DNA of 64,000 nucleotides from Gemmatimonadaceae bacterium (lineage in GTDB: Bacteria > Gemmatimonadota > Gemmatimonadetes > Gemmatimonadales > Gemmatimonadaceae): assembly GCA_040901985.1 (NCBI GenBank), contig JBBDYC010000005.1:69592-133591 (forward strand). Reading direction: 5' to 3'. Shown piece by piece: positions 39,004 to 49,468 of the stretch; the first letter of the stretch is position 1; the number at the start of each line of letters is the position of its first letter. The position numbers and the translations under genes were made by a program. The notes under the pieces were generated by a model. That model did not search any database. It was not told the DNA's origin and worked only from the letters and a program-made list of their open reading frames with translations.

Positions 39004-41222
39004 TCGCGGCCGCGGCCTCCACGGCCGCCGCCACGCGGACGGTCACCGCGGGGGCGGTCGCTCCGCGGTCGGTCGCCACCCGACGCCCCGGCGCCGGCAC
39101 CCACCGGCTCCCCGCTCCCCTCGCTCGCCCCTTCCGGCTTGGGCAGGAGCGCCTTGAGCGACAGCCGCAGGCGGCCGCGCTCGTCGCGGTCAATCAACTT
39201 CACCTTGATGTGCTCGCCCTTCTTGACCACGTCCTCCGGATTCTCGACGCGCGTGTGGCGCATCTCGGAGACGTGGAGGAGGGCCTCGGTGCCCGGCATG
39301 ATCTCGATGAAGGCGCCGAACGCGGTCACCGACTTCACGGTGCCCTCGTACGTCTCGCCCACCACCGGCTCGGCCGTGATTGCCTGGACCATCTGGCGCG
39401 CCCGCTCCATCGCCTCGCCGCCGACGGCGGCGATCGTGACCATCCCCGAGTCGTCCACCGAGAGCTCGGCGCCGGTCTCGTCCTGGATCCCGCGGATCGT
39501 CTTCCCCTTGGGGCCGATCAGGTCGCCGATCTTCTCTGGGTTGATCATCATCGTGACGATGCGCGGCGCGTACGGCGACAGGTCCGGACGGACCTCCGGG
39601 AGCGCCTTGTTCATCTCCCCGAGGATGTGCAGCCGGCCTTCCTTCGCCTGCGCCAACGCCTCGGCCATGATCTTGAGGTCGAGCCCCTGGATCTTGATGT
39701 CCATCTGGATGGACGTGATCCCGGCGGCGGTCCCCGCCACCTTGAAGTCCATGTCGCCGAGGTGATCCTCGGTGCCGAGGATGTCGGTGAGGATCGCGTA
39801 CTTCTTCCCTTCCTTGATGAGGCCCATCGCCACGCCGGCCACCGGGGCCTTGAGCGGGATGCCCGCGTCAAAGCAAGCGAGCGAGCCACCGCAGATGGAC
39901 GCCATCGAGGACGAGCCGTTGGACTCGAGCACCTCGGAGACGATGCGGAGGGTATAGGGGAACTCCTCGAACGACGGCAGCACCGCCTGGATCGCCCGCT
40001 CGGCGAGCATGCCGTGGCCGATCTCGCGCCGGCCCGTGCCACGCATCGGCTTGGCCTCGCCGGTGCAGAACGGCGGGAAGTTGTAGTGGAGCATGAAGGA
40101 CTTCGTCGTCTCCTTCGCGCTGTCAATCGAGTCCACGCGCTGGGCGTCGCTCGCGGTGCCGAGCGTGGCGACCACGAGGGCCTGCGTCTGGCCGCGCGTG
40201 AAGAGCGCGGACCCGTGGGCGCGCGGCAGCAGCGCGGTGTCCACCGAGATGTCGCGGACGACATTCGGCTTGCGGCCGTCCACCCGGAGGCCGGTGTCGA
40301 GCACCTGCGCGCGGAGCGCGTTGTACTCGAGGTCGCCGACGATGCCGCCGACGAGGCCGTGGTGCGCGGGGTCGAGGACCTCGGCCATCTCGGCCTTGAC
40401 GTCGCTCTTCACCTGCTCGACGGCCGCGATGCGCGTGGCCTTGTCCTTCTGGTTGATGGCCGCCTCGATGCGCGGCTCGGCGGCCTTGGTGACCGTCGCG
40501 CGCACGTCGTCCGGGATCTCGACGCCGCTCCACTCCATCTTCTCGACCTTCCCGGCCTTCTGGAGGAGCTCCTCCTGCATCGCCACGAGGTCCTGCAGTC
40601 CCTTCTGGGCGATCTTGAGGCCGTCAATGACGTCCTCCTCGGTGACCTCGAGCGCGCCGCCCTCGACCATCATGATCGAGTCCTTGGAGCCGGCGACAAT
40701 CATGTCCATGTCGCTGAACTCGAGCGCCTGGAAGGTCGGGTTGAGGAGCCACTTCCCCTCGACGCGGCCGACGCGCACGCCCGCAATCGGACCGGCGAAC
40801 GGGATCTTGCTCGCGCTCAGCGCGAACGAGGCGGCCACGAGGCCGAGTACGTCGGCGTCATTCTCCTGGTCGGCCGAGAGGACGTAGAGGACGACCTGCA
40901 CCTCGTTCTGGAACCCTTCGGGGAAGAGCGGACGGATGGAGCGGTCGATGATCCGGCAGGAGAGGATCTCCTCGTCGCGCGGACGCCCTTCGCGCTTGAT
41001 GAACCCGCCGGCGATCTTGCCCGCAGCGTAAGTCTTTTCCTTGTACTCGACGGTCAGCGGGAAGAAGGGCAGCGGGCTCTTCTTGTCGCTGACGGTGACG
41101 GCGGCGAGGATGACGGTCTCGCCGTAGGTGACGAGGGCCGAGCCCGCGGCCTGCTTGGCCATGCGCCCGGTCTCGATGATGAGAGGGCGGCCGGCGAAGG
41201 TCCGCTCGATACGATGCATCAT
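39000..41222 (-). CDS. pnp: Polyribonucleotide nucleotidyltransferase
   Basis: FFPLTV.Y, GGFIKREGRP, RREIGHG, SNGSSSMAS, GDMDFKVAG, KH and S1 domains. Confidence 0.98.
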   Translation of the reverse strand: MMHRIERTFAGRPLIIETGRMAKQAAGSALVTYGETVILAAVTVSDKKSPLPFFPLTVEYKEKTYAAGKIAGGFIKREGRPRDEEILSCRIIDRSIRPLFPEGFQNEVQVVLYVLSADQENDADVLGLVAASFALSASKIPFAGPIAGVRVGRVEGKWLLNPTFQALEFSDMDMIVAGSKDSIMMVEGGALEVTEEDVIDGLKIAQKGLQDLVAMQEELLQKAGKVEKMEWSGVEIPDDVRATVTKAAEPRIEAAINQKDKATRIAAVEQVKSDVKAEMAEVLDPAHHGLVGGIVGDLEYNALRAQVLDTGLRVDGRKPNVVRDISVDTALLPRAHGSALFTRGQTQALVVATLGTASDAQRVDSIDSAKETTKSFMLHYNFPPFCTGEAKPMRGTGRREIGHGMLAERAIQAVLPSFEEFPYTLRIVSEVLESNGSSSMASICGGSLACFDAGIPLKAPVAGVAMGLIKEGKKYAILTDILGTEDHLGDMDFKVAGTAAGITSIQMDIKIQGLDLKIMAEALAQAKEGRLHILGEMNKALPEVRPDLSPYAPRIVTMMINPEKIGDLIGPKGKTIRGIQDETGAELSVDDSGMVTIAAVGGEAMERARQMVQAITAEPVVGETYEGTVKSVTAFGAFIEIMPGTEALLHVSEMRHTRVENPEDVVKKGEHIKVKLIDRDERGRLRLSLKALLPKPEGASEGSGEPVGAGAGASGGDRPRSDRPRGDRPRGGGRGGRGRE

Positions 41223-41299
41223 TTTCTGTTTGTCTCTGATCTGTACACGAAGCGCGCGATCCGCGTCAGTGCGGTCGCGCGCTCGTGTGGGTGAAGCGC

Positions 41300-41560
41300 T
41301 TAGTAGCGCAAGCCGAGGTCGGCGATGATCTTGCGGTAGGCGTCAACGTCCGTCCGCTTCAGGTAATCGAGGTGACGCCGACGCTTGCCGACCATCTTCA
41401 GGAGACCACGACGGCTATGGTGGTCCTTCTTGTGCTCGCGAAAGTGGTCCGTGAGGAAGTTGATTCGCTCCGTGAGCACCGCGACCTGCACCTGTGACGA
41501 GCCCGTGTCGGTCTCGTGCCGGCGATGCTTCTCGATCGCCGCCGTCTTGACGAACGCCAT
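41300..41560 (-). CDS. rpsO: 30S ribosomal protein S15
   Basis: [30 protein letters not shown]. Confidence 0.98.
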   Translation of the reverse strand: MAFVKTAAIEKHRRHETDTGSSQVQVAVLTERINFLTDHFREHKKDHHSRRGLLKMVGKRRRHLDYLKRTDVDAYRKIIADLGLRY

Positions 41561-41562
41561 CC

Positions 41563-41650
41563 CTGATGTCCTTGCCTGCGCTACGCAGTGCGTTGAGTTG
41601 CCGATTCCGTTGTAGCATCGGAACTTAGCCCGTTTTTGCGCCCCTGTAAA
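41563..41650 (-). promoter_or_regulatory. rpsO promoter and probable S15 autoregulatory leader
   Basis: TTTACA-N17-TAAGTT (41650-41622); leader contains a GCTAC...GTAGC stem. Leader function inferred from position only. Confidence 0.5.
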
Positions 41651-41668
41651 GGGGACGCGCGCGAACGC

Positions 41669-42871
41669 TCATTCCCCCCCGAACCACCCCATCACCAGCC
41701 GTTTCAGGTCGTTGAACGTCACCGTCACGAAGAGCAACAGGATTGCCGTCAGCCCGATCCGCGCATACCACTCCTTGACCATCGGCGGGAACGATCGCCG
41801 GAAGGCGCCCTCGGCCAGCTGGAAGAGGATCTGGCCCCCATCGAGCAGGGGGATGGGCAGGAGATTGAGAATCGCGAGGTTGATGCTCAGGAAGGCCACG
41901 AGCATCCACAGGGTCTGTGCGCCGCTCTGCGCCGCCTCCACGCTCGACCGGGCAATCTCCACCGGGCCCCCGAGCTGGGAGACCGAGACCTTGCCGAGGA
42001 GGAGCCCCCCGAGCACGGCCAGGACGTTGCCGCCCATATCCCAGGTGAGGTTCCACCCGGCGGCGACGGATTCGAGCGGTCCCATCCGCTCACGGACGGG
42101 GATGCCTCGCGGCCCCACGCCGATCCGTCCCACGGTCCGGATCTCGCCGATCGGAGGGGTCGGGATCTCCTGCGCCTCCGGCGTGATGGCGAGCGTACGC
42201 GGCGATCCATCGCGCACCACCGTGACCGCCAGCGTCCGGCCGGGCGCCGCCGAGACCAGCGTCAGCACCTCGTCCCAGCGCGTCACCGGCGCCCCGTCTA
42301 TGGCGACGATGCTGTCCCCGGTCTGCATCCCGGCGAGCGCTGCGGGGCGGTCCGCGATCACCGAGTCCACCACGGCGGGGAGGTATCCGCCACCGTACCA
42401 CGCGAAGATCCCCGTCGTGACGACCACGGCCAACACGACATTCATGAAGACGCCGGCCAAGAGGATCACCAGCCGCTGGTAGAGCGGCTTGGACTCGAAC
42501 CAGCGGTCGGCCGGAATCGGCTTGGGACCGTGGGGGATCATCGAGTGCTCATCCCAATGCCGCGACCGCTCGACCTCGGCGACGGGCTTCACGGCCCCGT
42601 CGGCACCGTTCGCGGCGACCAGCTCGGGGCCACCCTCAAGCAGTGAGGCGCTCTCGTCTTCCCTTGACGCCATCCGCACATACCCGCCGATCGGCGCCAC
42701 CGAAATGCAGTACTCCGTCTCGCCGCGCCGGAAGCCCCAGAGCGGCTTGCCCCAGCCGAGCGAGAAGCGCGGCGCGTATACGCCGGCCCACTTGGCGGCG
42801 AGGAAGTGCCCCAGCTCGTGCACGAAGATCACGAGCCCGAGGACCAGCAGCGGGGCGAGCCAACTCAACAT
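41669..42871 (-). CDS. rseP: RIP metalloprotease RseP
   Basis: HELGH, GGYVRM, PDZ region, NLLPIPLLDGG. Confidence 0.96.
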   Translation of the reverse strand: MLSWLAPLLVLGLVIFVHELGHFLAAKWAGVYAPRFSLGWGKPLWGFRRGETEYCISVAPIGGYVRMASREDESASLLEGGPELVAANGADGAVKPVAEVERSRHWDEHSMIPHGPKPIPADRWFESKPLYQRLVILLAGVFMNVVLAVVVTTGIFAWYGGGYLPAVVDSVIADRPAALAGMQTGDSIVAIDGAPVTRWDEVLTLVSAAPGRTLAVTVVRDGSPRTLAITPEAQEIPTPPIGEIRTVGRIGVGPRGIPVRERMGPLESVAAGWNLTWDMGGNVLAVLGGLLLGKVSVSQLGGPVEIARSSVEAAQSGAQTLWMLVAFLSINLAILNLLPIPLLDGGQILFQLAEGAFRRSFPPMVKEWYARIGLTAILLLFVTVTFNDLKRLVMGWFGGE

Positions 42872-44028
42872 CAGGACAGCTCCAGGACAAGGGATCTCGC
42901 GGCGGCATCCGCCGCGAGCAACGTCGTTCGGTCGTTCCCCGGCAGGCCGCCGAGCTTGGACAGCGCGGCCTCGATGGCCGCCGGGATCCGCGCAAAGGCG
43001 AGCGAGCCCGCGATCACCCGCGCCACCGCCGCCTCGTTGGCCGCATTGAACACCGCCGGCGCGGCGCCCCCGGCGCGGCCGGCCGCAATCCCGAGGCCGA
43101 GCGCCGGAAAGGCATCGTGCCGCACCGGTTCGAACGTCAATGGACTATGCGCCAGCGGGTCGAAGCGCGGTACCCCCTCGTCGAGGAGACGGTCCGGGTA
43201 GCCGAGCGCGTAGAGAATCGGCAACTCCATTGACGGCACGCCGAGTTGGGCGAGCACGCTCCCGTCGTCGAACTCGACGAACGAATGCACGATGCTCTGC
43301 GGATGCACCACGACCTCGATCCGGTCGTAGGGCACGCCGAACAGCAGGTGCGCCTCGATGACCTCGAGCGCCTTGTTCGCCAGGGACGCGCTGTCCACGG
43401 TGATCTTCCTGCCCATCGTCCAGATCGGGTGCTTGAGCGCATCCTCGACCCGGGCGCCACGGATCCGTTCCGCGTCCCAGGTGCGGAATGGCCCGCCCGA
43501 CGCGGTGATCACCAGCCGCCGGACGCCGGCGAGCGGAAAGAGACCGTCGCCGGTTGCGGCGATGCGGCCGGCGCAGCACTGGAGGAGCGCCGAGTGTTCG
43601 GAGTCCACCGGGACGACGGTCCCCCCGTGTGCGCGCGCGGCGCGCTGCACCAGCGCCCCGCCGACGACGAGTGACTCCTTGTTGGCGAGCGCGACCCGCT
43701 TCCCCGCTTCCAGCGCCGCGAGCGTGGCGTCGAGTCCAGCCGCGCCGACGACGGCATTGATCACGATTGCCGCGTCGGGGCGCCGGGCGGCCTCGACCAG
43801 GCAGTGGACACCCTGCCCCCACGACGCCGGCACTGGGGTCGGGCCGGGGTCCACGATTCCGACGTACGAAGGCGACCACCGCTCGGCGGTCGCGGCAAGC
43901 TTGGCCACATTGCCATTCGCCGTCAGCGCCACCGGCCGGAAGCGGTCGGGATGGCGGGCGATGACCCGCTGCGCCGTCTCGCCGATCGAGCCCGTGGCGC
44001 CGAGGATCGCGACGCCGGCCGCGCTCAC
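42871..44028 (-). CDS. dxr: 1-deoxy-D-xylulose 5-phosphate reductoisomerase
   Basis: LGATGSIG, LANKESLV, PVDSEH, TASGGPF, W.MG.KITVDSA, NAANE. Confidence 0.97.
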   Translation of the reverse strand: MSAAGVAILGATGSIGETAQRVIARHPDRFRPVALTANGNVAKLAATAERWSPSYVGIVDPGPTPVPASWGQGVHCLVEAARRPDAAIVINAVVGAAGLDATLAALEAGKRVALANKESLVVGGALVQRAARAHGGTVVPVDSEHSALLQCCAGRIAATGDGLFPLAGVRRLVITASGGPFRTWDAERIRGARVEDALKHPIWTMGRKITVDSASLANKALEVIEAHLLFGVPYDRIEVVVHPQSIVHSFVEFDDGSVLAQLGVPSMELPILYALGYPDRLLDEGVPRFDPLAHSPLTFEPVRHDAFPALGLGIAAGRAGGAAPAVFNAANEAAVARVIAGSLAFARIPAAIEAALSKLGGLPGNDRTTLLAADAAARSLVLELS

Positions 44029-44879
44029 GCGCCCACCGTCAGCAGGAGGTCGAGCAGGACATAGGCGACCGGCACGGCGAAGAGGAGCGAATCGGTGCGG
44101 TCGAGCACGCCGCCGTGGCCCGGAATGAGGGTCGAGCTGTCCTTCACCCCCGCCTCGCGCTTGAGGAGGCTCTCCACGAGGTCACCCAGTTGCGCCGCCG
44201 CGCTGACCGCGACGCCGAACAGCACCACGGCGCCGAGCGAGAGGCCGAGCCCGGCATAGGGCCCGAGCACGAGGCGCGCATAGAGCCAGGCCGCCACGAC
44301 CGACACCACGAGCCCGCCGACCGCGCCCGCCACGGTCTTCGCCGGACTCACGCTCGGCATCAGCTTGCGCTTGCCAAAGCGCTTGCCGGCGAAGAAGGCG
44401 CCGCTGTCGTTGAGCCAGGTGAGGACCACCGGGAAGGCGACGAGGAGTGCGCCGGCCACCGCCCCGACGGCGAACCGGTGATACCGCAGCGCATAGACGA
44501 AGCTCAGCAGCCCGCCGGTATACCAGACGCCGAGCAACGTGGTCGCCACGGCACCGAGCGGCGCCCCGAGCGAGCCGCGACGCCAGAGCGCGAGGGTGAG
44601 CAACGCCGGCACGACGAGCGCCACCCACGAGAACGGCGGAACCCAGTAGCCCAGCCGCAGCGCGTGCACCATCAACGGGATGAGCGCGGCGAGGACGATG
44701 CCGGTCCGCATCAGCGGCCGGTGGCCGGCGGCCGCGGCGAGTCGCGCAAACTCCCAGGCGCCGAGGCCGGCGACGAGGGAGAGGAGGACCGTCAGCGGCG
44801 CGTCGCCGACGAAGACCGCCAGGGCAACGACGGGGATGGCCGCCGCCGCGAAGAGCACGCGCTTGGCGAACTCGCTCAC
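44025..44879 (-). CDS. cdsA: Phosphatidate cytidylyltransferase
   Basis: DSGAFF.G..FGK, SP.KT, GDLVES.LKR..GVKDS..LIPGHGG.LDR.D. Start GTG 44879. Confidence 0.95.
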   Translation of the reverse strand: MSEFAKRVLFAAAAIPVVALAVFVGDAPLTVLLSLVAGLGAWEFARLAAAAGHRPLMRTGIVLAALIPLMVHALRLGYWVPPFSWVALVVPALLTLALWRRGSLGAPLGAVATTLLGVWYTGGLLSFVYALRYHRFAVGAVAGALLVAFPVVLTWLNDSGAFFAGKRFGKRKLMPSVSPAKTVAGAVGGLVVSVVAAWLYARLVLGPYAGLGLSLGAVVLFGVAVSAAAQLGDLVESLLKREAGVKDSSTLIPGHGGVLDRTDSLLFAVPVAYVLLDLLLTVGA

Positions 44880-44886
44880 CGCGCGC

Positions 44887-45630
44887 TCAGACCGCGACGC
44901 GGCCGAACCGGCGATCCCGATTCTGGTAGTCGAGGATCGCCTCGTACAGGTTGGCGCGGCCGAAATCCGGCCAGAGCACGGGCGAGATGACGAGCTCGGT
45001 GTAGGCCAGTTGCCAGAGCAGGAAGTTCGAGATGCGTTGCTCACCCGAGGTGCGGATCAACAGGTCGGGGTCGGGGCAACCGGCGGTGAAGAGCCGCTCG
45101 GTGAACGCGGCCTCGTCCACCTGCTCGGGCGTCAGGCGCCCGGCGGCCACCTCCTCCGCGATCAGCCGCGCCGCCCGGACGAGCTCGGCACGTGAGCCGT
45201 ACGAGATGAAGAGGTTGAGCGTCAGCGTGGTGTTGCCCGCCGTCTGTGAGACGACGCGGTCCACCGCGGCGCGCGCCGGCGGCGTCAGCCGGTCAAGGTC
45301 ACCGAGCACCCGGACGCGGACGCCCTGGGCGTCAAGTTCGTTGGCCTCTCGCTGGATGTACTCCTCGAGGAGCGACATCAGCGCGGTGATCTCGCCGGCC
45401 GGTCGCTGCCAGTTCTCCTGCGAGAAGGCGAAGAGCGAGAGGACGTCGAGGCCCACTTCCACCGCGCCCTCGACGACCTCGCGCACCGCCGCCATCCCGC
45501 TGCGGTGCCCGAGCGGGCGCGGAAGCATCCGCTCGCGGGCCCACCGCCCGTTGCCGTCCATGATGATGGCGACGTGGCGAGGGACCGCTCCGTGGAGTCG
45601 GACCTGGGCGAGGAGGTCGGGTGCGTTCAT
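44887..45630 (-). CDS. uppS: Undecaprenyl diphosphate synthase
   Basis: HVAIIMDGNGRWA, FS.ENW.RP, DLLIRTSGEQRISNFLLWQ. Confidence 0.97.
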   Translation of the reverse strand: MNAPDLLAQVRLHGAVPRHVAIIMDGNGRWARERMLPRPLGHRSGMAAVREVVEGAVEVGLDVLSLFAFSQENWQRPAGEITALMSLLEEYIQREANELDAQGVRVRVLGDLDRLTPPARAAVDRVVSQTAGNTTLTLNLFISYGSRAELVRAARLIAEEVAAGRLTPEQVDEAAFTERLFTAGCPDPDLLIRTSGEQRISNFLLWQLAYTELVISPVLWPDFGRANLYEAILDYQNRDRRFGRVAV

Positions 45631-45658
45631 CGGCAGGGACGGTGGACCGGGGCGCCGG

Positions 45659-46213
45659 TCAGACCTCGAGGATCTCGGCTTCCTTGGCCTTCATCGCTGC
45701 ATCAATCCTTGCGATCTCCTCGTCGTGCAGCTTCTGGAGATCCTTCTCGGCGTGCTTCACCTCGTCCTCCGAGACGCCGTTGAGCTTCTTGAGCTGGTCG
45801 CGCGCGCTGGTGCGGGCGTGGCGGACCGCGATCCGGCCGTCCTCGGCGTACTTGTGCACCACCTTCACGAGGTCCTTGCGGCGCTCCTCGTTCATCGAGG
45901 GGAGCGGCACGCGGATCACCGTGCCCTGTGCCGACGGGTCAAAGCCGAGGTTCGACTCGCGGATCGCCTTCTCGACCGCCTTCACCTGCCCCTTGTCGAA
46001 GGGCGTGACGACAATCAGTCGCGGCTCGGGGGCCGAGACGCTCGCCACCTGGTTCATCGCCATCAGCTGTCCGTACATCTCGACCTTGACCGTGTCGAGC
46101 ATACCGGGGTTGGCCTTTCCCGAGCGGACGGAGGCGAACTCGCGGCGCGCGGCCTCGACGCCCTTGTCCATCGCCGCACGGCAGTCCTTGAGGATGTTCT
46201 GGGTCGTGGTCAT
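45659..46213 (-). CDS. frr: Ribosome recycling factor
   Basis: R.GKA.P..LD, P...EERRK.LVK, KE.EIL.V. Confidence 0.97.
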   Translation of the reverse strand: MTTTQNILKDCRAAMDKGVEAARREFASVRSGKANPGMLDTVKVEMYGQLMAMNQVASVSAPEPRLIVVTPFDKGQVKAVEKAIRESNLGFDPSAQGTVIRVPLPSMNEERRKDLVKVVHKYAEDGRIAVRHARTSARDQLKKLNGVSEDEVKHAEKDLQKLHDEEIARIDAAMKAKEAEILEV

Positions 46214-46920
46214 GAGACGAGGGTTCCGACCGGCTCGCCCCGCAGCGCGGCGGCGACGATGCCCGGCGTGTGGATGTTGAGGACGATCAGCGGAAGGTCG
46301 TTCTCCCTACACAGCGTGATGGCCGTCTGATCCATCACCCGGAGCTCGTCGGTCATCACGTCCTTGTACGAGATCCGGTCGTACTTCTTGGCCTTGGCGT
46401 CCTGCTTCGGGTCGGCGTCGTAGACGCCGTCCACGCTCGTCGCCTTGATGATCACGTCGGCCTTCATCTGGATGGCCCGGAGCACCGCGGCGGTGTCGGT
46501 GGAGAAGTAGGGGTTCCCGGTGCCGGCGGCAAAGACCACGCACCGTCCCTTCTCGAGGTGGCGGATCGCGCGGCGGCGGATGAAGGGCTCGGCGATCTCC
46601 TCCATCCGGATGGCCGTCATCACGCGGGTGTCGAGTCCCTCGCGCTCGAGGACGTCCTGGAACGCGAGGGCGTTGACCACCGTGCCGAGCATCCCCATAT
46701 AGTCGGCCGAGACGCGGTCCATCCCCATCTTGGAGATCTGCGACCCGCGGACGATGTTGCCGCCGCCGATCACCATCCCGATCTGTGCGCCGAGATCGGC
46801 GATCGCCTTGACCTGCCGGGCGTATTCCCGGATCACGTCGAAATCGAATCCGAAACCCTTGTCGCCGGCGAGGGCTTCGCCGGAGAGCTTGAGGAGGACC
46901 CGCGGATACTTCAGTGTCAT
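46210..46920 (-). CDS. pyrH: UMP kinase
   Basis: [30 protein letters not shown]. Confidence 0.98.
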   Translation of the reverse strand: MTLKYPRVLLKLSGEALAGDKGFGFDFDVIREYARQVKAIADLGAQIGMVIGGGNIVRGSQISKMGMDRVSADYMGMLGTVVNALAFQDVLEREGLDTRVMTAIRMEEIAEPFIRRRAIRHLEKGRCVVFAAGTGNPYFSTDTAAVLRAIQMKADVIIKATSVDGVYDADPKQDAKAKKYDRISYKDVMTDELRVMDQTAITLCRENDLPLIVLNIHTPGIVAAALRGEPVGTLVS

Positions 46921-46933
46921 TCGGCGCCTGGGT

Positions 46934-47845
46934 TCAGGACTCGCCCATCTTGAATCGCACGAAGCGCGTCACGGTCAACGGCTGCCCCGCCTCCTTCGCG
47001 GTGGCCCGTACAAGATCGCCCACGGTCTGCTTGTCGTCACGCACCCAGGGCTGGCCAAGGAGCGTCACCTCGCCGTAGAGCTTGGCGATGCGGCCCTCGG
47101 TCATCCTCTGGGCGATGGCCTCCGGCTTGCCACTCTCGACGGCCTGGGCGATGAAGATTGCGCGCTCGCGCTCGATGAACTCGGGCGGAACGCCGTCGCG
47201 GTCCACCGCGATCGCGACCTGCGGCACGCCGGCCGCGATGTGCTCGGCCACCTGCTTGCCCAGCTGGACGGCCTGCCCCCCCGTCCCCCCGGCAATCTCG
47301 ACGAGGACGCCGGCCTTGCCGTTGAAGTGGAGGTAGCTGCCGACCACCCCGCCGGACTGCACGGCGAAGCGCGCGATGCGGCGGAGTTCCACCTTCTCTC
47401 CGGTCTTGGCCGAGGCGGCCTTCACGACGTCCCCGACGGTGCGCGTCTTGTTTTTGTCGGCGCTCCAGGGCGTGTCGAGGTACGCGCCGTCGGCGCCGAC
47501 GGCGACGAGGCCTCCCACGCCGTCGTCGTGCGCCACGTGGTCGGCAATCTCCCGGGCGACGGCCAGGAACTCGTCGTTGCGGCCAACGAAGTCGGTCTCG
47601 CAGTTGAGCTCGATCATCGCCGCGCTCCGGCCGTCGGCGGCGGTCGAGATGACGATCTGGCCCTCTGAGGCGGCGCGGTCCGCGCGCTTGTCGGCCTTCG
47701 CGATTCCCTTCTTGCGGAGGATGTCAACGGCGGCCTGCATATCGCCCCCGGCCTCCTCGAGCGCCTTCTTGCAATCCATCATCCCCGCGCCCGTGCGGGC
47801 GCGGAGCTCAGCGACGTCCTTCGCGGTGATCAGTGTGGCAGCCAT
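46934..47845 (-). CDS. tsf: Elongation factor Ts
   Basis: [24 protein letters not shown]. Confidence 0.98.
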   Translation of the reverse strand: MAATLITAKDVAELRARTGAGMMDCKKALEEAGGDMQAAVDILRKKGIAKADKRADRAASEGQIVISTAADGRSAAMIELNCETDFVGRNDEFLAVAREIADHVAHDDGVGGLVAVGADGAYLDTPWSADKNKTRTVGDVVKAASAKTGEKVELRRIARFAVQSGGVVGSYLHFNGKAGVLVEIAGGTGGQAVQLGKQVAEHIAAGVPQVAIAVDRDGVPPEFIERERAIFIAQAVESGKPEAIAQRMTEGRIAKLYGEVTLLGQPWVRDDKQTVGDLVRATAKEAGQPLTVTRFVRFKMGES

Positions 47846-47901
47846 CGGTGATCTCTCAATGGTGGGCGTGGGTGCGGCGGGGAACGTGGTGAAGCGGCCG
47901 C

Positions 47902-48855
47902 CTACTCGGCGGCCGTGTCCCGTTCGGCCGCCTCCGCCCCCTCAGCTTCCGGCGCCTCGGCGGCGTCGGCGGCGTCGGCGTCACCCGATTCGCCGGCCTC
48001 GCCGGCCTCGGCCCCGCCCTTCAGGCGGGCCGCGATCGCTTCCGGCTTGGCGCGGCGGCGGCGCGGACGGCGCTTGCGGCGGCGATCCTCGTCGGTCTCC
48101 TTCTCCGTGCCGCGCTCCGACGACCAGGTCGTGCTCTCCCCCGTGTCGTCGACGTCCGGTCGGGCCGGCGCCTCGCGGCGGGCCGCCTCGAGGGCATCGG
48201 AGATCGCCTTCGTGATCAGTTCCACCGAGCGGATCGCATCGTCGTTGGCGGCGATCGGCACGGTGATGAGGTCGGGGTCGGAGTTGGTGTCGCAGATGGC
48301 GATGATCGGGATGCCGAGCTTGTTGGCCTCGTCCACCGCGATCTTTTCCTTCTTGGCGTCCACCACGAACATCAGCCCGGGGATGCGGCTCATCGTCTTG
48401 ATGCCCGAGAGGTTCTTGGCCAGCTTGTCGCGCTGGCGGGTCATCATCAGCGCTTCCTTCTTGGTGTAGTTCTCGAAGGTGCCGCCCGCCTCGGACCCGG
48501 CCTCGAGTTCCTTCAGCTTGCGGACCTGCTTCTTGACGGTCGCGAAGTTGGTCAGCAGGCCGCCCAGCCAGCGCTCGGTGACGTGCATCGCGCCGGCGCG
48601 CTCGGCCTCCGCGGCGACGATCTGCGCGAGTTGGCGCTTGGTGCAGACGTAGAGGATCGCCTCCCCGCGCATCGTGACCTCGCGCACGAGCTGCTGCGCG
48701 AGCTCGAGCTGCTTGAGCGTCTTCTGGAGGTCAATGATGTGGATCCCGTTGCGCTCCGCGAAGATGAAGCGGCGCATCTTGGGATTCCAACGGCGCGTCT
48801 GGTGGCCGAAGTGCACACCGGCCTTGAGGAGCTCTTCGAGCTGGGGCAGCGACAT
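47902..48855 (-). CDS. rpsB: 30S ribosomal protein S2 with long C-terminal extension
   Basis: AGVHFGHQT.RWNPKM, RWLGG.LTN, DTN.DP, NDDAIRS. Confidence 0.98.
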   Translation of the reverse strand: MSLPQLEELLKAGVHFGHQTRRWNPKMRRFIFAERNGIHIIDLQKTLKQLELAQQLVREVTMRGEAILYVCTKRQLAQIVAAEAERAGAMHVTERWLGGLLTNFATVKKQVRKLKELEAGSEAGGTFENYTKKEALMMTRQRDKLAKNLSGIKTMSRIPGLMFVVDAKKEKIAVDEANKLGIPIIAICDTNSDPDLITVPIAANDDAIRSVELITKAISDALEAARREAPARPDVDDTGESTTWSSERGTEKETDEDRRRKRRPRRRRAKPEAIAARLKGGAEAGEAGESGDADAADAAEAPEAEGAEAAERDTAAE

Positions 48856-48960
48856 CGTGGGTCCCTTCTGAGTGGTTGAGAACGTTGCCTCGCGTCAGCG
48901 CTTCGCATCACCGCGGTCTGGCTGCGGCACCGATGAGAAGCTCGGCTTGGCTGAGAGATG
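48856..48960 (-). promoter_or_regulatory. Probable structured rpsB 5' leader
   Basis: Minus-strand CTTC..CATC..CCGC/GCGG..GATG..GAAG nested pairings; position matches known S2 leaders. Not verified against a covariance model. Confidence 0.35.
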
Positions 48961-48972
48961 AACTACAACTAC

Positions 48973-49072
48973 ACCTGCAACCTCATACCTGATACCTGAT
49001 ACCTGACACCAGCAACTGAAGGTGGCAGGTGGCTGGTAGCAGGTGACTGCAACCTGATACCTGAAACCTGGA
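48973..49072. repeat. Heptamer repeat array in three blocks (direct, inverted, direct)
   Basis: ACCTGAT-like x6 (48973-49014), AGGTGGC-like x4 (49020-49047), ACCTGAT-like x3 (49052-49072). Confidence 0.88.
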
Positions 49073-49468
49073 TTAGCGCTTGCTGAACTGGAACTTCTTG
49101 CGCGCCTTCGGACGGCCCGGCTTCTTGCGCTCCACCGCGCGGGCATCGCGCGTGAGGAGGCCGAGGTCGCGGAGCTTCCGACGATGCGTTTCGTCAATCT
49201 TCACGAGCGCGCGGGCAATCGCGAGCCGGAGTGCGCCGGCCTGGCCGGTCTGGCCGCCGCCGGCAAGGCTCGCCTGCACATCATAGGTGCCGAGCGTCTC
49301 GGTCACGTTGAACGGCTGCTGGATCGCCGAGACCAGCGCCGGACGCGGGAAGTAGTCCCCGAGTGTCCGGCCGTTGAGCTCCCACTTCCCCGAACCCGGG
49401 GTGAGGAACACGCGGCACACGGCTTCCTTGCGGCGGCCAATCGTATGGGTCGTCGTGGTGTCAGCCAT
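49073..49468 (-). CDS. rpsI: 30S ribosomal protein S9
   Basis: GRRK.A, GGG..GQAGA.R, LTRD.R..ERKKPG, QFSKR. Confidence 0.98.
   Translation of the reverse strand: MADTTTTHTIGRRKEAVCRVFLTPGSGKWELNGRTLGDYFPRPALVSAIQQPFNVTETLGTYDVQASLAGGGQTGQAGALRLAIARALVKIDETHRRKLRDLGLLTRDARAVERKKPGRPKARKKFQFSKR

Noticed and set aside
48973..49072. CRISPR array
   Set aside because: Units are 7 bp with no unique spacers and no cas genes.
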